Shown: one piece after another, positions 41,220 through 52,867 of the stretch | How the letters are laid out: every line of letters begins with the position of its first letter | Position numbering within the stretch: the first letter of the stretch is position 1 | Assembly (NCBI GenBank): GCA_963832745.1 | Contig: CAWHVC010000003.1 | Span: forward strand, 1 to 64,000 | Length of the DNA: 64,000 nt | Direction of reading: 5' to 3' | From: Candidatus Bathyarchaeota archaeon | GTDB lineage: Archaea > Thermoproteota > Bathyarchaeia > Bathyarchaeales > Bathycorpusculaceae | Notes under the pieces: model-generated | Databases searched by the model: none | What the model was told of the DNA's origin: nothing | The model's input: only the letters and a program-made list of their open reading frames with translations | Position numbers and translations under genes: made by a program

Positions 41220-41284
41220 GCGAGTGGGGCTACCACTAGCAAAAAAATTATGGGTGCGAGTGGGACCTTCACCAGCAAAATTAT
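41220..41284. promoter_or_regulatory. Tandem operator-like repeats in divergent promoter
   Basis: GCGAGTGGGGCTACCACTAGCAAAA and GCGAGTGGGACCTTCACCAGCAAAA 36 nt apart; first contains AGTGG-N5-CCACT palindrome. Confidence 0.6.
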
Positions 41285-41321
41285 AAATGTCTACTCGCCT
41301 GAAAATTATAAACGAGTTAAC

Positions 41322-42137
41322 GTGTCGGATAATAATGATGAGCTAAAAACTCTCTGTGACTTGGGGCTAACGCTCCAACAAGCAAGGGTATATTTGGCTT
41401 TTGTTAGAATTGGGATAGCATCTGTCCAGGAGGCATCAGCGGTTGCAAACATAGATAGAAGTGAATGCTACCGCGTTAGCTGTCAACTCATAGAAAAGGG
41501 GCTTATAACCAAAGTTCTCACTTCACCCATAAAATATGAAGCTATTATGTTTGATGCGGTAATAAGGAACTTACTTTTAAAAAGGAAAAATGAAGTATCA
41601 TTGCTCGAAAAGAAAACAGAAAATATGCTTAAAAAAATGAAAACGAAGGATAAACCAGTAATTATCAATGAAGCCAATAATGGCATATACGTTGTCCAGA
41701 TGAGTCCTGCTGCAGTGGAACAGGTAAATCACTATTTAGCAAGTGTTGTAGAAAGCTTTGATGCAGTTATGGATGTACAATGGTTTGAATCGAATCAAAA
41801 TGTTACTTACGAGGGGGACATAAGGGCGCTGCAAAGGGGGGTAAAATATCGAATGTTAATATCAGATGCAAACGGCACCTTTGACATTAAAAGATTCCCA
41901 AAATATCTGGAAGAAATAGGTTTTGATCTTAGATTAACAACTGAGTCTATTGCCACACCTTTGAGTGTTTTAGATAAAAAAGCCGCTTGTATATTTATTT
42001 CAGGAGAGAATGTTTTAAAGGCATCTTGTCTCTTCACCAAAAATGAGCGCATGATAAAGATAGTTCAGCACTATTTTGATACTTTATGGATAAATTCAAT
42101 AAAGGTAGAAATGGAAAGAAGCGCAGACCCCCAATAG
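41322..42137 (+). CDS. TrmB-family transcriptional regulator
   Basis: LGLTLQQARVYLA...IDRSECYRV..QLIEKGLI..SPIKYEA; C-terminal effector domain ending YFDTLW. Confidence 0.9.
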   Translation: MSDNNDELKTLCDLGLTLQQARVYLAFVRIGIASVQEASAVANIDRSECYRVSCQLIEKGLITKVLTSPIKYEAIMFDAVIRNLLLKRKNEVSLLEKKTENMLKKMKTKDKPVIINEANNGIYVVQMSPAAVEQVNHYLASVVESFDAVMDVQWFESNQNVTYEGDIRALQRGVKYRMLISDANGTFDIKRFPKYLEEIGFDLRLTTESIATPLSVLDKKAACIFISGENVLKASCLFTKNERMIKIVQHYFDTLWINSIKVEMERSADPQ

Positions 42138-42619
42138 TCCCGTTTGGATAAAACGGCACCTTGAATGCATCACATAGTGTTTATTGATAAATTGCTGCGA
42201 ACAAATTATCTTAAAAAAGTGAAAAAATGGAAAATGAAGCTAACGTAACAAAAATTGTATTTGATACTTTTTGCTTTATAGATAAGTTCCAAAAATGCAA
42301 GAATAACAGAAAACATTATAAAATACCTGTATCTTTGTTGAACTTTTTTATTCGTCAGGGCTTTTTCCAATAATCTTTTATGGGTCCGTTACTTGCTGAA
42401 ATTTTATGCGAAAATGGGTGATAATTGTCATAGCGGTAGCTATGTTTCTCGCATGCTTAATACTCCACCTTTATTCAGCGATTTCCTAGAATGCTTTGCA
42501 AATGACAAAATTACATTCATACACACTACTGATGAAACCCCGTTTTGTTATCTTCCACATTTGTTTATAGTCGTAGCCAAAACAAACATTCACAATCATC
42601 CCAATCAAGATACTTCTCG

Positions 42620-43020
42620 CAAACAAATACGAGAAAGCCATAATTTGTCAGTTTTCAAAGGAAGAGAAGCAAAACTAAATCGAGTTATACTATTAATTCT
42701 CTTTCAACCAGCCCCTTGATTATTTATGATATCACTAAAGAAATCAAAAACAGAAGGGTTTTAAGTATACAAAATACACTAATGTTAACCGTAGAGTGAA
42801 AGCACTTCTAAAACAAGATTTTGTGGAAGCTGTCGGCAGCAGAGAAACCCAATCAGGGTTCAAAGGCACGCTGTATCAACCTACAATCAGAGCAAAAGTC
42901 GCCTTTTATTTAGATGAAATAAGCCCAGACCAGTTTATCAAAAAAACAAGTAAGGGTACATTAGCCACAGGATTAGCTACAATAGCGCTTTTCCTAGAAG
43001 ACATATGTGTACAAAAATAA
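42620..43020 (+). pseudogene. Winged-helix DNA-binding protein with two frameshifts
   Basis: LSVFKGREAKLNRVILLIL / LIIYDITKEIK / KQKGFKYTKYTNVNRRVKALLKQDFVE...GTLYQPT lie in three successive frames. Confidence 0.55.
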
Positions 43021-43156
43021 TTTATTTGATATGTCTTTTTAAGATAGATGACTTTACAGCCACTAACAAAGTCTCTACACTTGTGAAAGTCACTGTGCGT
43101 ATAGTATATCATGAGCCCAAAATTTTCTTAGCCTTAGCTTCGCAAGTAGCTTTAAG

Positions 43157-43528
43157 GTGAAACGGTTGAAAACCAAAAAAGTAACAGTCCAAGAAATCAT
43201 CGCTGACATCGGAGCCATCCTAAACAAAATCAACCTTGTACTAAACGATCAAGAGCTAAGACTACAACTAATTGAAGAGATGGACCTAAAAATCGAACTT
43301 GAATTACTAAAATCCAGAATTCTAGCCATATCTGACCTAAAAAAGCAGGCATCAGCTTTGCAGGCACTCAAAAACCTCTGCAGCATTCTTGCAATTTCTG
43401 ATGTAGAACCCATAAACCATAGTTATCTGCTGGGTGGAAGGGAATGGCCGAAATCACAGCAAAAACAACACAAAACCCAAACTGCGAAAAAACAAAAGCC
43501 AGAGGCGCCACCCCTAAAGCATCCCTAG
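43157..43528 (+). CDS. Hypothetical element-associated helical protein
   Basis: Open frame, Leu-rich helical N-terminal part. Confidence 0.45.
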   Translation: MKRLKTKKVTVQEIIADIGAILNKINLVLNDQELRLQLIEEMDLKIELELLKSRILAISDLKKQASALQALKNLCSILAISDVEPINHSYLLGGREWPKSQQKQHKTQTAKKQKPEAPPLKHP

Positions 43529-43866
43529 AAAGAGACGCTGGCATTAATCCCCTAAATTCATCCCAGCAATTAATTGTTGTTCGCTATTTAGACCATGTTT
43601 TATACAATCGCACGTCTGCAGCAGCAATGAAGCCTCAGGCAAGAGAAGCCATCGACTGGCTATTGTACGATTGCGAACTATACATTATTTTAACTTGGGA
43701 TCGGGACACTGAACCACCCTCTCTTCATGGCGGCGACTTAAAAGCTTCGGGTTTAGTGCTTCTAAAAAGCGATATTTTAGACCTACAATTGCTAAAAGCC
43801 AGTGCGCAGCCTCTACCAAAAATACTTGTTGAATTTAAAAAGCAAACAAGCCATACAAGGAGCTGA
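43444..43866 (+). CDS. Hypothetical element-associated protein
   Basis: GGTGG SD; globular core LIVVRYLDHVLY...YIILTWDRD...ASGLVLLKSDIL. Confidence 0.6.
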   Translation: MAEITAKTTQNPNCEKTKARGATPKASLERDAGINPLNSSQQLIVVRYLDHVLYNRTSAAAMKPQAREAIDWLLYDCELYIILTWDRDTEPPSLHGGDLKASGLVLLKSDILDLQLLKASAQPLPKILVEFKKQTSHTRS

Positions 43867-44039
43867 GTATGCGTTCCGACTATCGGAGCGAAAAACTCAC
43901 TCCCAAAAGTCTAAAGGGGATAAGCAGCCATGATTCAACGAACCGCAACCTTAGCCCCCGCTATACCCCGAACCCGCAAACTATCCGTAGAACAACTACA
44001 AAGCCTCAAGCTACCACTGATATTCCAGGCGACGTCATC

Positions 44040-44377
44040 ATCATCGAAAGAAGCCTAAACGATTTCAAGCTAAGAACGCCAATAAGCATCAAACTCGAAA
44101 ACGTATTAAAAGCTCAAGAAATCGGCTTAGTCGAATACATCATAAAATCCTACCTCAGCTACCAACCAGGCATTATCCCATACATCTTTGAAAACAAAAG
44201 CCTAGTAAAAGTAGCACCTATGAGGACGTTCAGAGTTTAGGGGTAGAGACACTAAGAAACATGTATTCATCAACCGGATTAGCAATTAGACCAAAGACAC
44301 AAGTGAACAGAATCGATCAGCTATCTATCTTAGCCGAGCAGCTAAAAGAGCTCATAAAGAAGGATGTCTCAACATAA
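44040..44377 (+). pseudogene. Probable internally deleted tyrosine-integrase remnant
   Basis: 44213-44377 reads STYEDVQSLGVETLRNMYSSTGLAIRPKTQVNRIDQLSILAEQLKELIKKDVST*, resembling from recall the catalytic-Tyr and tail region of archaeal integrases; att-like fragment 45 nt downstream. Confidence 0.5.
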
Positions 44378-44422
44378 AAACAACCGTAAAACAGTACTTT
44401 TTAGCGTTCGCACCAGAAGAAA

Positions 44423-44437
44423 CCAGCGGCCTCACCA
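44423..44437 (+). repeat. tRNA 3'-end fragment (att-like) copy 2, degenerate
   Basis: CCAGCGGCCTCACCA, one mismatch to the last 15 nt of copy 3. Confidence 0.6.
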
Positions 44438-44457
44438 TCTACATTCTTTGGGATTCA

Positions 44458-44736
44458 CTATTTTTTGTCTTTCCAATTCCACCACTTAAGTTTTTCAGGG
44501 TCAGGGTTTTTGTTTTCAGCAAAATAAATTGATGATCTGCAAACATACAAAACACAGTGATCTACTAGTTTTCCCTGTGTGAAACATATTTGTGAATATA
44601 GTTCCTCTGGATTTTTGCCCTTTAAATCTGCAATCTTTGTGATGCCGATTCTTTTGAAGTCTTCCGTTATAGAGTCTCCAACGTAAGGTATTTGGGTTAA
44701 TTCATTGATGATTTTGTGCTTCCTCAAAACAATCAC
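44458..44736 (-). CDS. Helix-hairpin-helix protein (Cdd1/mitomycin-resistance-like)
   Basis: LTQIPYVG...DLKGKNPEELY...DHCVLYVCR...LKWWNWKD. Confidence 0.85.
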   Translation of the reverse strand: MIVLRKHKIINELTQIPYVGDSITEDFKRIGITKIADLKGKNPEELYSQICFTQGKLVDHCVLYVCRSSIYFAENKNPDPEKLKWWNWKDKK

Positions 44737-44767
44737 AAATTCTTTTCAGGTTTAATTGATTAATGAT

Positions 44768-45196
44768 TTAGAGTGGAATCTTTAGGTTTCCTTTTTCATC
44801 TAATTCCCAAAATGGGTTGTAAGCTACCTCGATTAAGTGTCCATCTGGATCTTTGAAGTAACCGCTATATCCACCCCAGAAAACCTTCTGCGCAGGCTTA
44901 ACGATAGTTCCACCCAACTTAGCCACTTCCGCCAGTACAACGTCAACTTCAGTCTCGTTTTTCGCGTTATACGCGAGGGTTATGCCTGGAAAGCCGTTGC
45001 CGCCCTCAGGTACATTTGCATCTTCCGCAAGCAATTTCCGTGAATACAAAGCTAAACCGATACCGCCTAAATCAAATAAAACCAAGTTATCGGTGCTTCC
45101 TGAGGACCTTTTCCACCCAACTCCATTTTCATAAAAGTTGACTGCTTTCTCTAAATCTGTCACGCCTAACGTAATTAGCGTAATTTTCTGTCGCAT
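44768..45196 (-). CDS. VOC/glyoxalase family protein
   Basis: ITLITLGVTDL, KVFWGGYSGYFKDPDGHLIEVAYNP. Confidence 0.93.
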   Translation of the reverse strand: MRQKITLITLGVTDLEKAVNFYENGVGWKRSSGSTDNLVLFDLGGIGLALYSRKLLAEDANVPEGGNGFPGITLAYNAKNETEVDVVLAEVAKLGGTIVKPAQKVFWGGYSGYFKDPDGHLIEVAYNPFWELDEKGNLKIPL

Positions 45197-45381
45197 TGTT
45201 CTTCCTCAAGTGAATGAAAGTAAGACTTAGCTTAAGAGAATTATTAACAGTTTAATATCAAAAGAAAAATGTTAGGTGTCCTCTCTATTAACATTGTGAT
45301 TCCAGAGGTCCACTATGATAATCCAATTCCATGTTATATTGGGGTTGTTTGCGTTTATGCCTTAGGTAGCTAATTTCTTGT

Positions 45382-47586
<2,205 letters not shown>

Positions 47587-47651
47587 TTACATTCATTCAA
47601 AAAATCTCCTTTTCGCTATATAGGACTGCACAAACGGTTCATTTAAGAATT

Positions 47652-47667
47652 ATTATTATCTAATAAT
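47652..47667. promoter_or_regulatory. AT-rich palindrome beside katG TATA box
   Basis: ATTATTA-TC-TAATAAT directly upstream of minus-strand CTTAAAT (47647-47641). Confidence 0.4.
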
Positions 47668-47812
47668 CTGTGCGCTACCTTGTTTTGACCCTCAGCAATT
47701 AAGCTCTATGAAGTAAAAGCTGCACGGTAACACTGTAGAGAACAACTTTCTGCCAAAAACCCGTTGCTTTAGCCGAGCGTGCGTAAACTTTGTAACTAAG
47801 TTACCCTACAGC

Positions 47813-48199
47813 GTGAAGAAGGATGAGTCATCTTCACAGTTTATTGACGTGAGAATCAAGGAGCTGGGCGATTGGCGTGGAGAAACATTAGCCAACGTTC
47901 GGCGGCTTATCAAGGAGGCAGATCCGGATGTAGTTGAAGAACGGAAGTGGGTGAAGCCTGCATTCCTGGAACCCCAGTCTGGTCGCACAACGGGGGCATC
48001 TGCACAGGTGAGACCTACAAGAGTGTGGTCAAACTCACATTCTTCAAGGGTGCTTCGCTGGATGATCCATCTCACTTGTTCAACCAGCTTGGGACTGTTA
48101 GGCGCGCCATCAATATACATGAAGGCGACAAAATTGATGGAGGAAGCTTTCAAGATCCTTATTCGTGCCGCTGTGAAACTGAACACGTCCAAGTCCTGA
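47813..48199 (+). pseudogene. DUF1801/YdhG-like protein with two compensating frameshifts
   Basis: IKELGDWRGETL..VRRLIKEADPDVVEE.KW in frame A; GTPVWSHNGGICTGETYKSVVKLTFFKGASL in frame B; EAFKILIRAAV back in frame A. Confidence 0.8.
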
Positions 48200-48346
48200 T
48201 AATGCTAAATGTTTGAATGTTTTGGCGGACGCGCGCTTTCCAGAGGGGTGTATCCCCTCGGACCCGAACCTGTAACTTTTATAAAGGGAAATAGTTGCGT
48301 AGTAATCTGAGTGACTACGATTCGCTAGTATCGCTACAACGTCTAA

Positions 48347-48370
48347 GTTCAAATCCCAGCGGCCCCACCA
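48347..48370 (+). repeat. tRNA-Pro-like 3'-end fragment (att-like) copy 3
   Basis: GTTCAAATCCCAGCGGCCCCACCA; flanks also resemble copy 1. Confidence 0.8.
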
Positions 48371-48528
48371 ATCCTAACTTAAAAGGTATTGTCTTTTTCT
48401 TTTAGCTTGTTTTCTTACCCATTTTTTATATTTTTTCCAGCAGAAGCTTCACTAAAGATTTATAACAGAATTTTTTTGAAGAGATACTATCGCGGAATGA
48501 TAAGCCCAATATACTGGTGGTATAAACA

Positions 48529-49068
48529 ATACAAATTATTACTAACCGATTAGAACTAAGAAATTTCACAGCAACTGATGCTCAAGGCTTATTAGAGTTA
48601 TTATCAACTCCCCGAGTCAATTGTTTTCTTAGTGACAAGATTACGACACAACAGGAGGCTTTATCGGAAGTTGAAAAGAAAAGCAAAGATGATGCACATA
48701 TCGCTGTTTCTTTGAAAGAAGAAAAGTTTCTAATTGGCGAGCTATTTTATTTATTTGAAGCCCCAGATACTTATTCTATAGGATGGAACTTTAATGCACA
48801 ATATGAAGGAAAGGGGTATGCAAGTGAAAGTACAAAGGCATTTATACAATATCTTTTCATAGAAAAAAAGGCTAGACGATTATACGCCTATGTTGAGGAA
48901 AATAACTCTCGCTCTCAAAATCTGTGTGAAAAACTGGGTATGCGTAAAGAGGGTTGTTTTTTAGAATTCATTTCATTTACCACTTATAATAATGGGATTC
49001 CTAAATACGAAAATACATTTCAATATGCATTACTAAAAAAAGAATGGGAAGCGCAGCAAAAAGCTTAA
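48529..49068 (+). CDS. RimJ/RimL-type GNAT acetyltransferase
   Basis: Frame extends to ATA 48529 (xQIITNRLELRNFT) after GGTGG; YEGKGYASE, NSRSQNLCEKLGMRKEG. Confidence 0.88.
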   Translation: MQIITNRLELRNFTATDAQGLLELLSTPRVNCFLSDKITTQQEALSEVEKKSKDDAHIAVSLKEEKFLIGELFYLFEAPDTYSIGWNFNAQYEGKGYASESTKAFIQYLFIEKKARRLYAYVEENNSRSQNLCEKLGMRKEGCFLEFISFTTYNNGIPKYENTFQYALLKKEWEAQQKA

Positions 49069-49346
49069 TCGTCAAGCAATCGTAAAGTTTGCATTATGCC
49101 GTGTGGCGGCCTGCCGGTCGACCTCTTCAGAAACGATTTCCCTCGATCCAGACTGCTTTTGGAAGGGGCAGTTTGCCAGATCCCCCAACCGTTCCCCGAT
49201 TGCGTATTCAGTGCATCGAAGCTAAAAAAAAAGTGCCTTTTACGTCCAAATCAGAAAAATCGAGCGATCCTACCACTCGTTTAGGCTGTAAGATTGGAAT
49301 GTTGGGAATCACTTCGAAAATCTTTCTATAACTTATTTTTATCTAA

Positions 49347-50816
49347 TTACCTTGACACAACTGCCAAGAATGGTTCAGGTCCCATATCGGTTGTCGCATA
49401 TACAGCCAATGCTATACTCCAAAAGACGTCATCGTGTGTTCCCTGCGGATGGGAGAAACCAATGTTTCCGTCTCTTCGCAGGTCATATCGTTCCACATTA
49501 AGCTCAGTGCATATGTCGCCATGGTAGGGGTGTTCCCAATTAAGTAAGGGATAGAAGAATTGTTTGTTTAGCAGTCTCTGTTTTAACAGACTTGCCATTT
49601 CACTTTTTCTAGGCACACTAAAGGTGACGCCCTCAGCGTTATCAACTCCTGCTGCTTCCATGTCAGCAATAAAGCTTGGACCTTCACGGGTAAAATCTAC
49701 TCTAATGCGTTCAAAACCTCCCCAGCGATCCTGCAAAGCTTTAATGTAAGCTATAACAGGCGCATATACGGTTGGCTGCTTGAAGATTTTTAGGTGACGC
49801 AAATAGAGCAAGTCGTTTTGACGCTCTAAAACTGAGAAAACCGTGTAATCTTTGGTTTGAGCCAAATCTAAGCCAGCAAAAAAGTCTCCTTCCCTTGAAC
49901 TTTGGGGATCAAAAGCATAAAGTTCCTTTTTGCAGTTCTTTACAGTGCCAATGCAAGATGCAATTAAGCTCTGATTTAGCCAGACGTTGTCATCTTCTAC
50001 CCATTCAGCTTGCATTTCTCTTTGCCAACGTGAAGGGTCATCACCCATCTGAGTCTTTATCTGCGCAATAATGTTGGGCTTTAAGGGGCCTTTTGGGCTT
50101 AATGCTTGTTCATATGTGACATGCGAGGTTTTAAAATTGTTAAATTTCTGGTGAGTAAAGATCTTGTAGAAGACGCTGTCGGTATGCCAAGGAGTGCTGC
50201 TACAAACGAATTTACCATCAGTAGTACCCAGCGTGTAAAGGATTGCATCATATAGGTCTTGATCGTTAGCCACGAAATTGAACTCATCCGCATAGACCAC
50301 ATCTAGCGTTGGACCTCTGATGGTTTCAGGGTTGTTGGGAAAAGCCTCAATGCTGCTCCCATTGACAAAGTGGATCTGCGTTTTTTGCGGCTTAAAAACG
50401 ATGCTTCGCGGTAGTTTATGAGCAAAAGCTGCTATACGTGCTATGATTCGTTTGGTTTGACGCCAAGATGGCCCCACTATGCCGATTGCAACATTTGGGT
50501 GGGTAACTGCGTACTTTAGCAGTAGCGCAGATATGGTTTGGCTTTTGCCGCTTTGTCTACACCATCTGGCAGCGGTGAACTGGTTATTTTCAAAGAGCTC
50601 AACAAACTCTTTTTGATAATCATAGAGTCTAAAACCCAATATACATTCAAAAAAGTCGACAGTGTTAACGCTTAATTGTTCCATCTGTCTAGTAACTGTT
50701 TGCTTAACTTCATCATGGTCCCGATCAATCTCACGAAATTTAGCTAAGAACCGGTTGGGTTGAAAAGTTCTAGCTTCTTTCTTGGATTTCTTTGAGCATC
50801 TGTCGTAATTGCGCAT
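49347..50816 (-). CDS. Terminase large subunit
   Basis: LYDYQ adenine motif, WCRQSGKS Walker A, VYADEF Walker B, SSTP coupling motif, RNase H-like GLDLA and HDDVFWSIALA. Confidence 0.9.
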   Translation of the reverse strand: MRNYDRCSKKSKKEARTFQPNRFLAKFREIDRDHDEVKQTVTRQMEQLSVNTVDFFECILGFRLYDYQKEFVELFENNQFTAARWCRQSGKSQTISALLLKYAVTHPNVAIGIVGPSWRQTKRIIARIAAFAHKLPRSIVFKPQKTQIHFVNGSSIEAFPNNPETIRGPTLDVVYADEFNFVANDQDLYDAILYTLGTTDGKFVCSSTPWHTDSVFYKIFTHQKFNNFKTSHVTYEQALSPKGPLKPNIIAQIKTQMGDDPSRWQREMQAEWVEDDNVWLNQSLIASCIGTVKNCKKELYAFDPQSSREGDFFAGLDLAQTKDYTVFSVLERQNDLLYLRHLKIFKQPTVYAPVIAYIKALQDRWGGFERIRVDFTREGPSFIADMEAAGVDNAEGVTFSVPRKSEMASLLKQRLLNKQFFYPLLNWEHPYHGDICTELNVERYDLRRDGNIGFSHPQGTHDDVFWSIALAVYATTDMGPEPFLAVVSR

Positions 50817-51204
50817 TTTCTTCTTCCATTTTCTTTAACTTGATCTCTATTTCTCGATAATGGGCAAAATCCGCAGCAAGTTCTTTGTACTTTTCACAAA
50901 TATTGGCCACCAACTGTAAACGCTGTACCTCAAGCTTTGTTAGCCCAGGTTTAACAGAAGCCCGCATGGCACCCGCCATTATTTTAGTGGCCTCTTCAAT
51001 ACTGGGTAACTCTTTAGGCAAAACTATTGAGTTATCTACATAACGTTTAACATGCAAATCCAAATTCAAGCGTTGGGCTTTAACAATCACAGCTTTGGGC
51101 GTCTTGTTTAGTATAGCAGCAATCTCTTCAACTTTTACGTTATTCTCAATTAGGGTTTTGAGCTGTGACTCTTCTTGAGATGTCCATTTTCTGCGTTGAA
51201 CCAT
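50770..51204 (-). CDS. HTH + helical protein overlapping TerL (terminase small subunit candidate)
   Basis: WTSQEESQLK...VEEIAAILNKTPKAVIVKAQRL Myb/HTH-like N-terminus; coiled-coil C-terminus. Confidence 0.7.
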   Translation of the reverse strand: MVQRRKWTSQEESQLKTLIENNVKVEEIAAILNKTPKAVIVKAQRLNLDLHVKRYVDNSIVLPKELPSIEEATKIMAGAMRASVKPGLTKLEVQRLQLVANICEKYKELAADFAHYREIEIKLKKMEEENAQLRQMLKEIQERS

Positions 51205-51544
51205 AACATATTAAATAAAATATTTACCGATAAATAAGCTAGTAAGGACTAATTTTAGACCATAAAAACTCAGAGCATACAACTTATATCAACAGCCACA
51301 CTATACATGCCCCAAACCCACAACCCCACACTGCACCATGAATCTCACGTACCAATGAGGCAAAACTTTTCCCCCAAACACACAACACAACCAAAAAAAC
51401 AGCCCAAACCAAAAAAAAGACTTAAAAAAAAGCCCCAAGTGAGTGGGAAATTCCAAACCCCCCACACCACACACAAATAAACAAAACTATGTTTGCGATT
51501 GTTTTTTAAGAAGCAACAAGTAAATTGACTAAAGGCGAACCAAA

Positions 51545-52861
51545 GTGGGCTTAAGAAACTTTATTGAAGAACTCCAAACTAAAGGCGAATTAACTAAAAT
51601 CACAAAGCCCGTCTCAACCGAATATGAGATGGCAGGCATCATCGCAGCTTTAAGCGAAAAACCGGTAATATTTGAGAACATTAAAGAATCTGCTATACCG
51701 GTGGTTGCGGGTTTGGTTTCTTCTAAAGAACTGATTTGCCGTTCACTTGGCATAACAAAAGAGCAGCTTTTGCCGAAGTTATCCTCAGCCATCGAGCAGC
51801 CCAAGACGCCAACAATCGTGCAAAATGCTCCATGCCAAGAAGTAATCCACACAGACGCAGACGTGGACTTAACCAAACTACCAATCATGCACTACACCGA
51901 CAAAGACGGCGGAAAATACATCGCCTCAGCAGTCTCCATCATAAAAGACCCACAAACAGGCCACCGCAACATGTGCTTCCACCGCCTCATGCTCAAAGAC
52001 AAAAACCATTTCATCGCCCGCATTGTGGAAAACCGTGGAACCGACAGTGCCCTCAAAAAAGCAGGCGGAGAACTCGACATAGCCATCTGCGTGGGCAACT
52101 CAACAGCGGTACTTCTTGCCGCTGCCACCTCACTTCCAACAGGAGTAGACGAACTTGGCATGGCAAACGCGCTGGAAAAAATGGAAACCGTAAAATGCAA
52201 AACCGTCGATTTGGAGGTTCCAGCGGAAACAGAATTTGTATTTGAAGGCAGAATAACCAGCAAGAAAGCAACGGAAGGCCCATTTCTTGACTTAACAGGC
52301 GTTGTTGACCGCGTCCGCCAACAACCCGTAATCGAAATCAAATGCATAACCCACCGCAAAAACCCGATTTACCAAACAATTTTGGCCGGCAAAAACGAAC
52401 ACAAATTCTTAATGGGCATGCCTAAAGAACCCACCATCTACAATGAAGTTAACAAAGTCTGCCAATGCAAAGACGTCTACATCACCCCCGGCGGATGCAG
52501 CTGGCTTCACGCAGTTGTGCAAATCCACAAAACCGACCCAAACGACGGCAGAAAAGCAATCCTCGCCGCCTTTGAAGGCCACAAATCACTAAAACACGTT
52601 GTTGTAGTGGATGAGGACATTAACATTTATGACCCAAACGATGTTGAATGGGCAATCGCGACCCGGTTCCAAGCCGACAAAAACTTAATCGTCTGCTCAA
52701 ACCAGCCGGGTTCAAGCCTTGACCCCTCCGGCGATTTAAGCGAAGGCAAAAAAGCCACAACCGCCAAAGCCGGCGTTGACGCTACAACCCCAATCGTCAC
52801 GACAGGCAAAGGCTTCAAAAAAGAGGATTACATAAAAGTCGACTTAAACAAATACATGTGA
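51545..52861 (+). CDS. UbiD-family decarboxylase, probable anhydromevalonate phosphate decarboxylase
   Basis: HRLM, EGPF, VVVVDEDI, VEWAIATRFQ, GSSLDPS; operon with AcnX subunits. Confidence 0.9.
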   Translation: MGLRNFIEELQTKGELTKITKPVSTEYEMAGIIAALSEKPVIFENIKESAIPVVAGLVSSKELICRSLGITKEQLLPKLSSAIEQPKTPTIVQNAPCQEVIHTDADVDLTKLPIMHYTDKDGGKYIASAVSIIKDPQTGHRNMCFHRLMLKDKNHFIARIVENRGTDSALKKAGGELDIAICVGNSTAVLLAAATSLPTGVDELGMANALEKMETVKCKTVDLEVPAETEFVFEGRITSKKATEGPFLDLTGVVDRVRQQPVIEIKCITHRKNPIYQTILAGKNEHKFLMGMPKEPTIYNEVNKVCQCKDVYITPGGCSWLHAVVQIHKTDPNDGRKAILAAFEGHKSLKHVVVVDEDINIYDPNDVEWAIATRFQADKNLIVCSNQPGSSLDPSGDLSEGKKATTAKAGVDATTPIVTTGKGFKKEDYIKVDLNKYM

Positions 52862-52867
52862 CCATCT

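Noticed and set aside
48290-48370. Complete or split tRNA-Pro gene
   Set aside because: No 5' acceptor strand, D arm or anticodon arm upstream, and the T-stem 5' side is broken; treated as an att-like fragment.
49089-49331. GC-rich patch with ORFs 49089-49331 and 49096-49284
   Set aside because: No recognisable protein in any frame; probably a foreign gene fragment that I cannot assign.
51290-51490. Strongly C/A-skewed tract as a repeat or origin
   Set aside because: No discrete repeat unit or ORB-like motif; similar skew occurs in ordinary genes here (e.g. 19585-19965).
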